Shown here in pieces: positions 13,480 to 26,200 of a stretch of DNA of 64,000 bases. Within the stretch, counting starts at the first letter, position 1; every line of letters starts with the position of its first letter. Below the pieces are notes generated by a model. That model did no database searches. It had not been told where the DNA came from and saw nothing but the letters and a program-made list of their open reading frames with translations. The stretch lies in NCBI GenBank assembly GCA_964304625.1, contig OZ199838.1, positions 7,611,266 through 7,675,265 of the forward strand, given 5' to 3'. Made by a program: the position numbers and the translations under genes. This DNA comes from Kudoa neothunni (lineage: Eukaryota > Animalia > Cnidaria).

Positions 13480-15652
13480 ATGGATGACCCATCAAATCCT
13501 TTTGCTGTATGGAAATTTATGGCGTTCAAGTTTTATGTGAATACAATTACAGGATCCAACCATTGTTCGTGTGAAGGCGCAACAAACAACCCAACCCAAC
13601 TATGCATTTAGCTACAACGATACGGGAATACCAACCACTAATGTCCATGGTGTTAGAAAGGTATAAAACCAATAAATTATAGTTATTGCGTTGATTTCTT
13701 ACTTCTTTCTAAATAACTCCTCTTCATAAACGCTCTTTTTTAATCCTCTATTGCATTTTTGATTTGTTGGATAACTTTGTGCAAAAAGGAACAGTACAAT
13801 CAACCTCCACCACCTCAACACACCCAAACAACTCAATCTGGTGCAACAGAGCACACTTATAATGATAATGGTTAGGGTAGTTAAATTGGCAATTTATTGA
13901 TGAGGTTATAGGTCCACCAAGATCAAATTTTCCACCCATACCTTCATCATGGACTTGGTGCCCTGTGAAACCTTGTTTCTATTTCAATATAGCTGAAGAG
14001 ATTCCTCCGAATCACCAACGTCTGATAAAATATCAATATTACTTTGTATTAGGTAGGTATTTATTGATATTTTTCTGCCATATTTGATTTTATTCTCAGG
14101 TTATGTGGTTCTTACGTTCTTTAACTTTATTGGCGCTATTGTCTATCTAATTATTGGCTATCAAAGCAAAGTGATGCAATTCTTGATGGCTCTACTTGTT
14201 GCTCCACTCTTTGCCATTCTGATATTTTTCTTTCAATATTACGTTGTTTATCATGCTTGCAAGTAGGGTGGTATTTTTATAACACATTTCATTGCACAAT
14301 TAGACTGGAAAGTGCGAATTATTACTTTTGGTACTTGATCAGCACAATAGCAGTCGTGATTATTCTTATTGTGGATATTGTTGGTCCAACCGGCTCTGGG
14401 TGGTGGTATTTTTGATAGTTTCCGATTTATTCAATCTCGTGTCAGAATATTCAATCATAACTATCAACATCTAAATTTTTATATGAAAATGATTCCTAAA
14501 TTTAATAAATTAAAGGCTAATTAAATCGAATAATTTCGGCAAATTAGGTAAGTCAAAATATATTCTTCTTTCCCCATATTAGGATGGTCACTGTATCCTA
14601 ATTAAGTTGTTGAGATGCATCATTAGTTCTGATCATTAGATATGTTCTGAGTTGTTCATCAAACTGTGACTATAGTTTGATATGTGAAACTGCCTGTAAC
14701 AATGGCGGTTAGGTTTACTGCACGTATTCATTAACCATGAGATGTAAAATCAGTACAAATTGATATGTGTTTGTAAAAAGTACCTGTGTACCATTTGCAT
14801 CGATAAATGCGAAAAATTGGACTCTCGGGTCCGACGACTCCAATACATAAATGATGCTATGAATACACTGTTTAATCTAATTATATTTAATCTATTTAGA
14901 CTTAAGGTTGCGTTCCTTATATATATATATATGTATTCACCCCAGACAAATCTAATTTATTTAGGATATTTACATTTATGAGTGATCTATTTTTGGATGT
15001 GTCCCAATTAAAATGCATTCGTAATTATTATATATTAAACTGCACTTATTACGTATTAATTGTTCTTCAATTTTCAATTGGGGAATTTATTTATAAGTTG
15101 ATTAATAAAGTTCAAATAAATTATAAGATTTTCTAACTGTGGTGATTTCAAAATTTCAGTCGGTAACTTAAAATTATAACCTTGATTAACAATAAACTTT
15201 AAAAATCATATCTTACTCCTAAGTAGATTTTTTCTGGCAGAATTTTATAATTTAGGATTGTTTGTGTACTGTCTCAATGTTATTTGAATTTTTTGTTGTG
15301 TTTACATCTGACATGATTGATTTAATCTATATTTGGCTATACATAAAGAAAAGATTGATTTTATTTTTATAGTGGTTTAATTATCGTCTCACACGCATTT
15401 GATAGTGAGAAGAAATCGTATGCTTTTGGAGTTTACTGTTTGATTATCAGTTTTGGACTCTTGGCCGTTCTAGGGAAATTTTTACATACTGCTTATCGTG
15501 TATGCATGATACTCTATAGCTTGTGATAATTTGAATCACTTTAGTGCCGGCTGCTTTACATGATTGCCAAACACAGACAGCTTTCGAATGAGATTAATTC
15601 ACGTCAAGGTCGTGGCTTAAATATCTCCGCCCCTATGCCTTTACCGTCGTAA
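13480..15652 (+). CDS. SCAMP: Secretory carrier membrane protein (SCAMP) paralogue A, multi-exon
   Basis: MDDPSNPFA start with an NPF motif, NFPPIPSSWTWCPVKPCFYFNIAEEIP (SCAMP NWPP...PCFY..I..EIP signature), four hydrophobic segments, VGPTGSGWCGLI, ends LNISAPMPLPS*. Confidence 0.88.
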
Positions 15653-15771
15653 TTCACTACTCAAATTTCTAATTCGTTACGTTCATACTATCTAATACTT
15701 AAATATTGATTACTTGTTTACTCATTGAAATATCGCCTCTAAAAAATTTTTTGACTCAACACTGCGTAGAG

Positions 15772-18092
15772 CAGTGGTTCTTAACCTTTTGGGAGTCGCC
15801 GAACCATTGCTACCCTATAGCACGCCTCGTCGAACCCCCAAGCGTAAAATTTTTTAAAATTTAAGTAAAATGAATTATAATTTAATCAGTATTTGGCACA
15901 TCATAAAAATTGCAAAATGTAAAAATTAAATTAATATAAAGCTAATTAGTGCGATTTTTGTTCTTGTTTTTTTGCAACCAATTCCGTAATACGAAGCGAA
16001 ATGTTGGAGAGAGCAATTCGCATATCGCTTTCACAGAAAAGCTTATTTCTTAGCTTACTTTTTATGGTGACCAATCTTGAAAATGATTGTTCGCAAAGGT
16101 AAGTTGTTACGAAAGGAATAAAAACTTTCAAAGCCTTCTTCGAAATTGTAGAATATTTCTCAATTTGATTTATCCAAAAGATTGATGGTGAAACTTGTTC
16201 GAAAAGTTGTTTTTGAATTTTGTTGTGTTTAAGTTCGATTAGCTCATCAAGGTATTTATTATTGGCATCCTCAGCTGAATTATCGAAGCTAAATGGCCGC
16301 CTCACCCAATCGGGGAATGAATGTTTAGAAGGGAAATAGCCATCGAGTGAGTTAGAAAGTTCTTTTAAATGTGCAGCAATTATTGCCTTTAATTCAAAAG
16401 GTAAAATGATCAATTCGTTGATATCACCGCCACTAATATTACAAATATCGTCTAAAAGTGGAAAGTTTGCATAATTGTCGACCATTATTCTTCGTTTGTA
16501 TAAAGATAATTATATTTGAAATGCACTAAGATACTCCTCTGCCTCAATGATGTTGATTATACTTCCATGCATCTGCTGATTCAAACAATTTATGGAACCA
16601 AAAATATCAGCCATGTATGCCAAAAGAAGAGTAAATTCTAAATTATTGAAACATTGAGCATGGCATTGGTTACACTCCAGCAAAAATACACCTATTTCCT
16701 TTCGCAATGTAAACACGCGGTTTAATACTTTTTCTCGAGCTAGCCACCTCACATGTGAATAAAACAAAAGTATTTAAATTCGGAATCCATTTTGTTGCAC
16801 AAATATTTGAAGATTCGTTGATTCAAAGCACTACGTCTCACAAAATATACACAATCGATAGCGATTTTCAACACTTCTGCCAGCCTTGGAGGCATATTCT
16901 TTGTTGCTAATGCATATCTATGTAAAATGCAACGCGTAACAATAATATGAGGTGCATCTGCTTTCACAAGATCATAAAAACTTGAGTTACGCCCCGGCAT
17001 AGCTGGGGCACCATCAGTGCAAATAGAAAAAACCATATTCCATGAAAGTCCATTGCCTTTGAAAAACTCATCGACGACTTTCTTAGCATCTAATGCTTTG
17101 GTAGTTGTTGTTAAAGGTTTGCAAAAAAGAAAATCTTCAACTATCACACCATTTTTCAAATATGTAACAAACGAAACCAGTTGACTTAGGTTTGAGATTC
17201 AGTAGTTTCGTCGAATTGTATACTAAACTTTGCTTTACTTGAAATTAGATCAGAAATTAATTGATCCAGAATGTCTTTATTCATATCATCAATTCTTTTC
17301 TTTACGGTATCATTTGACAAAGGAATTTGTGCTAATTTTTTTCTGCAGTACTTCCCAATAAAATATTTGTCACCTTCAACGCGGCAGGTTTAACGAGCAT
17401 TTCACCAATATTGTGAGGTTTACCTTGTTTGCAATGATATATGAAACTTAATATGTTTCTGTTAAGATTGGCTTATCAGTATTAACAAATCCGAAATTTT
17501 GCAACGTAGTTCTTTCATCATACTTTGCTCTCTTTGCTTCAAGTTCGGAAAGAGTCATATTCCTATATGCAGAGTCTCCATGGACATTTGTGAAATGCTC
17601 CTTTAGTTTTGCTGATACCAAGCTAGAATTACTTAACTTCGAGTTGCATATCATGCAAACAGGTCGTTGAATACCATTAAGTTCCGTAACATAGGTAAAC
17701 CCAAACTGTAAAAAATCATTTGACCACTTTATTTTTTTGTTAAGCATTCAACGAGCCAATATTTATTTCCAGTAACCCTCACAAAATCAGCAAGCAAATA
17801 ACACTGCCGCGCAGTAAACTCTGTAACCCGTTACACGTGATTGTACTAATCAGATAAATCGAAAAGAATTTCAAATGCTCAAATAATAATTGTAATTAAA
17901 TTATCAATAATTTTTTAATTGATCACTATTATCTTTTTAATAGAGCTTCTAATTAGGATTACAAATACAACCAATAGAAGGTTTATTTAAAATATTAAAA
18001 TTATAACGAATATTAATCCTAGATTTGATCTAAAATTTGAAATTTCTTCACCGAGCCCTAGGGTTTGGTCTAACCCAGGTTAAGAACCACTG
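15772..18092 (-). mobile_element. Full-length degenerate hAT Buster-family (ZBED8/FAM200-like) element
   Basis: Perfect 16-bp TIR CAGTGGTTCTTAACCT and imperfect nnnTAnnn TSD (GCGTAGAG / CATTAGAG). ORF pieces show a BED finger, CTDGAPAM, VRWL, TTYLCEQSFS and the QEQKSH end. Confidence 0.95.
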
Positions 18093-18099
18093 CATTAGA

Positions 18100-18958
18100 G
18101 AGCATCTTTTGAAGAGAATTTAGGATCATTGATTTAAAAATATTGCATAATTTAGTTCAAACCGAAAAAAATAATAAAGCATTCATTTAGCACGCAAAAA
18201 ATAATTGTTATAATGGAAATAATATTATTAAAAAATTTTGGGTTTCATTTAATGTATGTAAAACAACTTATTCGAAATAAAAATAACCATGTTTTGGAAT
18301 CACTTACGAGGCATTAATTGATAGAACAGCGCAGTCATATCGACATTATATACTTTATCCTCCTTATAATTTCCAAGAATTTTGTTAAGTTGAATCTCTT
18401 TTTAAAGCCACGAAACCACCCCCATAACTAACATATTTTAAATGATCATCAGAAGCACCGTTCTCATTTTTTTTGTTAATTATTTTGATGGACGATAATT
18501 CGATACAAATCGACTTCATCCAAACAAACTATTCATACACGTCGATCAGCGTCTCCATCTTTTCCTTTCCGCACATTGATCCTCGTTTAGCTAAATGCAA
18601 TTGACTTTCAAATGCCTGTTCAATCTGGGCCCTTTTTCTAAAATGCCGTTTAAAGTTGAAATATAAACTATTTTGAAGTGTTTAATAGTTCCCGCCTTTC
18701 TATTTAATGACGGGAAACTATCATAATATTTAATTATATAATATTCTCTTGAAAAGTTCTGCACTTCCGAATTCTTTTTTTGGGGCATTTAGAAATAATT
18801 ACGATCTATCGGTAATTACACGATTTCAAACTTTTTATTCCATAAAATAAAAAAATCACTCTTATATTTAATTAAGAACTCATAATAAATGTTATTTGAT
18901 AAATTTAAACGGAAGGATAAGGTTTTAAGGAAAGTTACGAATTAACGGTCACCTACTG
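18100..18958 (-). mobile_element. 5' part of a pogo/Tigger element (truncated)
   Basis: TA+CAGTAGGTGACC end at 18958. Translated remnants include GWFRGFKKRFNL and VYNVDMTALFYQLMP. The left boundary is approximate. Confidence 0.75.
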
Positions 18959-19088
18959 TATCTAACTCCTGTATAACACAAATTTAACTAACGTTTATCA
19001 AAAATTGGTTTCTCAATAACTTTGAATAGCGTAATATAACCTGAGAAACACCACAAATAAAATAGAAAGTAGAAAGAATAGTAAATGC

Positions 19089-19388
19089 CTATTTGTGGCC
19101 AAAATCAAATTTAGGTAGTTTTTCGATAGTTTCCATATCATACTTAGATTTGACGGCCCTTAGACGTCTCGTGTATTCCTCATAAATGGGTTTGAGATCT
19201 TCGATAGAAGCTGCAACCTCGAGAGTAATATTTTGAGATGAAAAAACTTTGAGTTTGTCACGAAAAATTTGTTGTACTATGTCGTTACTAGATTCCTTAC
19301 CAGTAGAAAGTGTTCGATCAAATGACTTCCAGGCAGACGTTCCAAAAGAATTGTTACATCTCACCCATCTCATCAAAACGAGCGACAT
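19089..19388 (-). CDS. ATP5PF: Mitochondrial ATP synthase coupling factor 6 (peripheral stalk subunit F6), intronless
   Basis: 99 aa with a presequence-like N-terminus. DIVQQIFRDKLKVF resembles the F6 motif DPVQKLFVDKIREY, and the C-terminal EKLPKFDF resembles FPTFKF. Confidence 0.8.
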   Translation of the reverse strand: MSLVLMRWVRCNNSFGTSAWKSFDRTLSTGKESSNDIVQQIFRDKLKVFSSQNITLEVAASIEDLKPIYEEYTRRLRAVKSKYDMETIEKLPKFDFGHK

Positions 19389-19527
19389 TTTAAAAAGTCT
19401 CGACTCTCTCCGAGATTAAATGTAGTTGAGCTACGACCATGTGATCGGACGTTTTCGTCGGGGCAGCGGTTTTTCTGATGAGAGTCTTGTGTTGTCCTCC
19501 TTCGGATGCTAAATCACATTATGAAAA

Positions 19528-20513
19528 ATGGCGCAAAGATTGCGAATATTTAAAATTAAGCGAAAGTAATGTTATAAGTAATTTTAAATCGTTTCAGAAT
19601 TGATTAAATAAAGATTTGGTTATTTGTTCCTCAGAATTCACTGCCATTCAGTGTAATGAATCTTTTCGTATCACTAGAGTATAGATGGATTTTATTATTT
19701 GTCTAATTGGTGCAGTGTATAGAAGAGTTATTTGCTCAGGGCCATAATTCAAATCCTTGCGCTACGTTTCTTGTCATTACCCCATTTAATGAATCTCTCA
19801 TGTGGAGAAATATTGCGAAATACATAGTGATAATTTGTATTTTAGTCAAAAATTTTATCTGATATTTAGAATACGTTCGAAAATACCGATCAATTTTTTA
19901 AAATAATTACATGCTCAAGTTCCAAGGCCATGTCGAATATTATATGGAAATTGGAAATCCTCATCAGGAATAGGGTTTTTATTATTGAAAATTGGATGGT
20001 TAATTATATTTAGATTGATGAATTTTTAAATAATCTCCGAGTTGTTTTTATTAGAGGTTTGAACGTAATTGCGATGGACAGTATAATAATTATTGACAAT
20101 TTCCAACATATTTGAATCCGTTATTATTAAATGTTTTTATGCTTAAATTAAAAAAAATTTCTAACGAAATTTTCTATAAAAACTTTATTTAATGTGTAGG
20201 TCCCATTTTTTTGCCTTATTTACTTATTTTAATAGGAGATAAAGATTCTATCTGTATTACTGACACTGTCTTACAGCTTAAGCAATTCGCTGTTAAATTC
20301 AATGTCATAGTGGTGGTATCTTCCAAAGTTGCCTCAAGATTTATGTTGTTAATTTAGGTTATCAAGGAACAAGATGAGGGAAATTATAAACATGCTGGCT
20401 ATTTATGCTCATTCAATAAAGAATGCGATATTTACATTGACAATATAATTCAAGAAAGATTAGATGGCACGAATAACGTCATTTATCATTTACTACACTC
20501 AAATAAGAAATAG
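19528..20513 (+). CDS. Multi-exon protein, possibly a highly diverged RecA-fold RAD51 paralogue
   Basis: Exons bounded by GT-AG give CIEELFAQGHNSNPCATFLVITPFNESLMWRNIAKYI|NTFENTDQFFKIITCSSSKAMSNIIWKLEILIRNR|IDEFLNNLRVVFIRGLNVIAMD..|..ITDTVLQLKQFAVKFNVIVV|VIKEQDEG...LLHSNKK*. The 5' exons are uncertain. Confidence 0.5.
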
Positions 20514-21157
20514 AATTTATTTTCTATATATCATGATCAAACTTTATTTTATATCCTCTACCTCTATTTGGGGCACATGAAGAGGAATCATTTTTATATA
20601 CAAATTTACTCTGACAAATTATTCTCATTTTTTGTTTCTTTTGTGGGATTACATTCATAATTTTCGTTCGTTTCACTAAACAAACTTAGATTAACATAAA
20701 CACATTAAAATTGTAAGAATCACATGAGTGTTATTAATTAATTTAATAGTTCATAACTTATAAATTTATACGAAATTCGTCATACGATTAATATTACAAA
20801 AGAGAAGTTTCTTGTTCAATTAGGTCCAATTAAATATTTGTTGAATAAAAGTGTTATTGATTTACAGTCAAATTTTATATTTGATTGAAACATTTAATCT
20901 AGCATTTAGCTTCATGTATAACAAAAAGTTTAAGGCTAAACTTGGTATCTATTTTTGTGTTAAAATAATCATCCATAAATATAATAAAAAGCTGATCTCA
21001 GAATTTGAATTTTTTAATAATATTTTCCTATTTTTACTGTATACAAAACTTAATTTAGGTTTGTAACAACTTTTCTAAAGTCATTAAATTAATTTTAGAA
21101 TAATTTACATTCAATTGTTGTAAAATGTTACATTTATACCTGACGCTGGATCTTAAA

Positions 21158-21984
21158 TCACACAATCTTTGAAAGTATTCTGCGGAATGTTCCACTCGTA
21201 AAGTTACACCTTAAATATTTCGTTTGGAATGTTTTTAGTGCAAAAATACCCATGAGTTTAGTGAAATCTTTGAATGTAATGGACTTTTGGCAAGAAGCTG
21301 GATTGTTATAGGTAATTAGAACTCCATACGATGCTACGTTGGTTGGAAGTCGCTCCGATTGATCGAGAAATCTAATATTCACTATCTTTCCAAATTCAAT
21401 AAAATTCTCCTTAAAAATTAATATGTTTATCGGATCTACTTCACATTATACTTTAAGTTCACGGTGTGAAACATCCTTGGAAATATTGGTGACTACCACC
21501 GAATTATTAAAGTTGTCTACATCTATACAATTTTTCCCAGGCGATAACTCATTGTTTTCATTTTTCAACGATGTATACTTTCCAAAAAATTGAGAATACT
21601 AAACGTTTAAAAAACTATCGGTTACTCAATTTATCCAAACTTACTGTTTTCTCTTTTCTCAAACTTGATGATACCAAATGAACACTTGGGCAAATTGAAC
21701 TCGAGTTTCCTGACCTTAATTGATTGCAAACGCATTCATTATCTAATGTCAACGAAGATATTATATTTTGAATCGATTCCAAGCTTTTCTTCAAACTGTC
21801 TAATTGTGTTTGAAAATTCTCCATCATTTTTTCCACATATTTCGTGAAATATTTATCGTGACCTTCACAATCGTTTAGCGTTTCATTTTTACTCTTTGTT
21901 GGTAAATGCTTATCGATCTCTAAAGTCCCCAACAGAATGAATGGGAACCGCGGTTGAAGTATAGAAATAGAAAATCTTACCCAT
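21158..21984 (-). CDS. Coiled-coil plus divergent RRM protein (PABPN1-like architecture), multi-exon
   Basis: ATG G|intron at 21984, coiled segment VEKMMENFQTQLDSLKKSLESIQN, then NSVVVTNISKDVSHRELK|ENFIEFGKIVNIRFL...YGVLITYNNPASCQKSI (RRM beta1-alpha1-beta2-beta3-alpha2 pattern). The 3' end is uncertain. Confidence 0.6.
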
Positions 21985-22739
21985 TTTCTCCCCGAATTTG
22001 AAATCCGTCGTTCTATTTTTATTTAAAGCCGATTATAAGTTTTTATATACCTTGTTTCTTTGAAAAACCTGTCCTTGGAATTCATTGAAGAAAAAATGTA
22101 GCTCCGAATAGGATTAGTTATTACTTAGTTACAATAATGACCAAATTATTTCCACTTAACAGCACCTATCAATGCCATAATTACAACTTAATTATATTTA
22201 GATAGAAATAAAGCTCGAGTAACCTTTCAAAGTGATTTATTTTACATTAGCGGAGTCTTAGTGGTCAATCGATGCTACATGTTTAACATAAGGAAATACC
22301 AACCTATAATTTTTCGGTAAAGAATCATGATTTAATTGAAAGCAGAAAATATAATTGATGTTAATCGTACTAAATATGTAAAAAGTTTTATTGATTACAT
22401 AAATAGGTTCATTTCAATGTGGACTTCGACGGTGGCTATTGACAGGATAATGAATTTCTCCTAAATTACTAATATTTCAAGTCTGTAATTTTATATATGT
22501 TTTAACATATTTCTATCTCCTAAAATATCTATTTATGCTACAAAAATTTTTGATTGACTTCTCTATTAATACTGGAAAAACTAGGTTTAGTTTAAAGAAA
22601 ATTGGAAAGTTCGAATTATTACATTTGTCTCATATAAACAATAATTAAGTGAATATTGATTAATAATAATAATTTCAGGAAGAAAATTTTTAAAATTAAA
22701 GTAATATATTTGCGGCGCATGTACGAAAAATAGCAAATA

Positions 22740-23276
22740 GAACCGATGTTGATATATTTGAAATAGGTAAAAAATTTGACTCATTTACGCGATTAGAAGA
22801 GTTTATACATAAGTTTGAACAGCAACCATGCTGTGCCTTAATTAAGCGTGACTCAAAAAACTATCAAACCTAAAGCGAGTCCTAACAAAAAAATTCAACG
22901 AAAACTTAAATTATTACTCAGTCAAATGTTTGTTATTTTAGTGGCCAGTACCGAGACAGGTCAAAGCGCGTTCGAGAAAAGAAAACCATGAAGGGCACCT
23001 GTCCTGTTCATGTGTCACTAAGAGTAAGTTCAGACGGACAAACGCTTTAAATAAAATCACTCAGTTTAAGCCACAATTATGAAACAAACCAAACGTTTTT
23101 TAAACTTTTGCCACCACAACCAAAGTTGGATCGTAATGATCAAAGAGTGTCGGGACTAGTTTCTTTGTGCGCCATCAAAAAATTGATTCAATCCAAAATC
23201 CAATAAGAACCCAATAAAATGATAACATTGAAGTCTATACATAATATCAAAATAATCCATCCATACAGAAGATTGA
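22740..23276 (+). mobile_element. MULE/Mutator (ZSWIM3-like) transposase N-terminal fragment
   Basis: Reading across frameshifts gives FEIGKKFDSFTRLEEFIHKFEQ...KRDSK...TMKGTCPVHVSLRVSSDGQTL..SHN...KKLIQ...ITLKSIHNIK. It is cut off by the Tc1-like TIR at 23279. Confidence 0.7.
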
Positions 23277-23278
23277 TA

Positions 23279-26200
23279 CAGTATTTCAAGACCTAAATGC
23301 AACGGTGTCGGATCATAATTCATCACAGCGTAACGTCACAACAAGAAAATATGTTTCTTTAGACGACACAAAGAAAAAAATTATCAATACGTTATCTAAA
23401 GTATATAGCGTTAGTTAAACTATATTTGAGAGACGTTAAGGAAAATTATACCTATGGCCGAATTGTTACAACAATTGGCGTTCATAAATCAACAATTTCA
23501 CGGTTCCTAAAAAAAGAATTCGAAGGGGATGATGGTGGTAATGAGGCCGATGAAGAATGCATTCCTAAGAAAAGATGTAGGGGCAGGAGGTCAAGATTGA
23601 CATTCGCCCATAAATCATATATCCAAAGTTTAGTTGATGAAGATTGCACAATTACATTAGACTCAATCGCCAAGAAACTACAAGAACATAATATTGGTGT
23701 TTCTAGACAGACTATTGCTAATTGTTTAAACCAGTTCCATTACACCCTCAAAAAATTTTCAATTGTACCGATTGCGAGAAATTCTCAGGATTGCATATCA
23801 TAACGCAAAAAGTGTTTTTATTAATTAACAATAAACATTATATTTATAAGTTATGTTTAGAGTAACTACAGTAGGTAACCGGTTTTCCGTAGTAACTGAT
23901 TTTCGGTAACTTCGGCATTTCTTCATTTAAAATATTATTTGAATATTTTAAACCATATATTTGATTTTATTTGTATTTTTTAAGAATAATCTGTAAAAAT
24001 TTTAAAAAATTGAACATTGGAAAAGCGTTTTTGCCTATTTTTTGCACTTGACCGATTTTCCGTAACTTTTTGACTACGAGCAAATTTGCCATCGCGTATT
24101 TTTTCACCTTTTTAATGCCTAGTAAAATTAAAAATAGAAAAACTAGCAAAGAAAAATACGAAATTATTAAGTTCTTCGAAAGTTTACCTAACAGAAGTGC
24201 CAAAACTACTACTGTTTGTAAATTTGAGCTTCCCTCCATTTCTACTCTTGATGGCATCTTGAGCAAGAAGGAAGATATAGGTTTATCTTATGAAACGGGT
24301 TTAGCCTCTTCTAAGAGAAAAAATCTTAAGCAAGGTACAAACAACGATATCGATAATTTAGTGTATGACTGGGTGAATTCCTTGAGATAAAAAAAATTGA
24401 ATTATCTGCTCACGATATCATACATAAAAGGAACCAATTGGCACAAGAATTGAACATAAACGTTGAAGTGACCCATGGTTGGTTTCGTGGTTTTAAATCC
24501 CGAGTTAATTTAATAAATATCACCTTCCATGGTGATGCTGCTTATGTTGAATCAAGTGTTATAGAAAATTAGCACTCTAAATTGAATAACTTAGTCAAAG
24601 GTTACGACGCTGAGTCTATCTATAATCTAGACGAAACTGCGCTGTTTTACCAGTAACAAAGAGGTATATCACTTTAAATACTTATGTATTAATATTTTTA
24701 AAGAAAAAACTATGTTTCGTCACTAGAGACAAATTCTAACTGAGAAAAATAGTCTAAAAAAAGAATCGCCGTTTTGCTTTGTGCTTCTATGTCTGGAGAT
24801 CGCACTGAACCTCTTGTTATAGGATACCACAAAAACCCCCGTCGCTTTAAGAATGTTAAAACATTGCCAGTAAAATATGAGTCAAATAAGAAGACTTGGA
24901 TGACGAGAGAGATATTTATGAAATATCTTGTTAATTTGAATAATTTGTTTAAAACGAAAAGCAAAAAAGTTTTTCTTTTTCTCGATAATGCAACATGCCA
25001 CCTGGAAATTCAATTGTCTAATATCTCACTTATATTCCTCCCAAAGAATTCGACTAGCGTTTTGCAACCTTTGGACCAGGGCGTAATTTTTTCATTTAAA
25101 TCAAACTACGAAAGTAATTTGATAGAAAGCCATATTTTGCAGCTCGCAGTGGTATAAATACATCTCCGCCAGATTTACTTCAGTCCATGTTTTTAATTGA
25201 AAACTCGTGGAATAATGTTTCAAAGGATACCATATTTAATTGCTCCAAAAAATCTGGGTTTCCTGTAGCCGATGAGTGCGAGCATTCATCATGTATCAAT
25301 ATGAGCAGTAGTGAGTTCTCAGCTGAAATTTCTGAAATGATCCAAGAGGAAACCATCATGCCTACATCAAAAAACTTTGACGAACCTTCTCCTTGGATTG
25401 TTGAACCTGCTAATTAAAATGGTAATGATACTGAAACTGAAGATGAAGATGAGGATGTGGTGGAATATATATCATCAAAAGATGTATTTAAATGTTTAAA
25501 CACGTTAAAGAAATACACAATGGAGAAAGGAATTGATTGTCTCGATGGATAATAATTAATTTAGATCGCAAAATTACAAAATATATGTATAAAAATAAAA
25601 CTCCAAATAAAATAAAATATTTTTTCAATAAAAATACGTGAGTATGTATGGTATGATATAAATTTTCTTAAAATATTTCTAATTTTATTCCCTGTACACG
25701 CATAAAATTACGGAAAATACATCATTGACGCGTTTCCAGTAACTTTTCATCGGTCCCAAGAGGATTACGGAAAATAAGTTACCTACTGTACAATGTAAAC
25801 CACTCCATTTTCCTGTAATTTACATTGATGAGTCTAGCTTCTCACTTTCTATGAGACGAACATTTGGAAGGTCACTTTCAGTTTCAAGAGCGAACCTGAA
25901 AGTAAAAAGTATTCGATCCAAAAACATCACATTGGTAGCCGCTATTAGCTCTGAAAAAGTTTGGACATTTCAGCTGGTAAGTGGCCCCGTGAATCAGCAA
26001 GTTTTCTTTACTTTTATAAAAAAACTTCTTGATGATCTAGCGAACGATGAAATTCAAAGTGCATTGTTAATTATGGACAATGTATGGTTTAATAAAACCG
26101 ATCTTATTCGACAAAGAATTGATTTAAGTGGACACAAACTTTTGTTTCTGCCTCCGTATTCACCATGCAACATCAAATGTCCGAAGAAAAGCGTCCGCAA

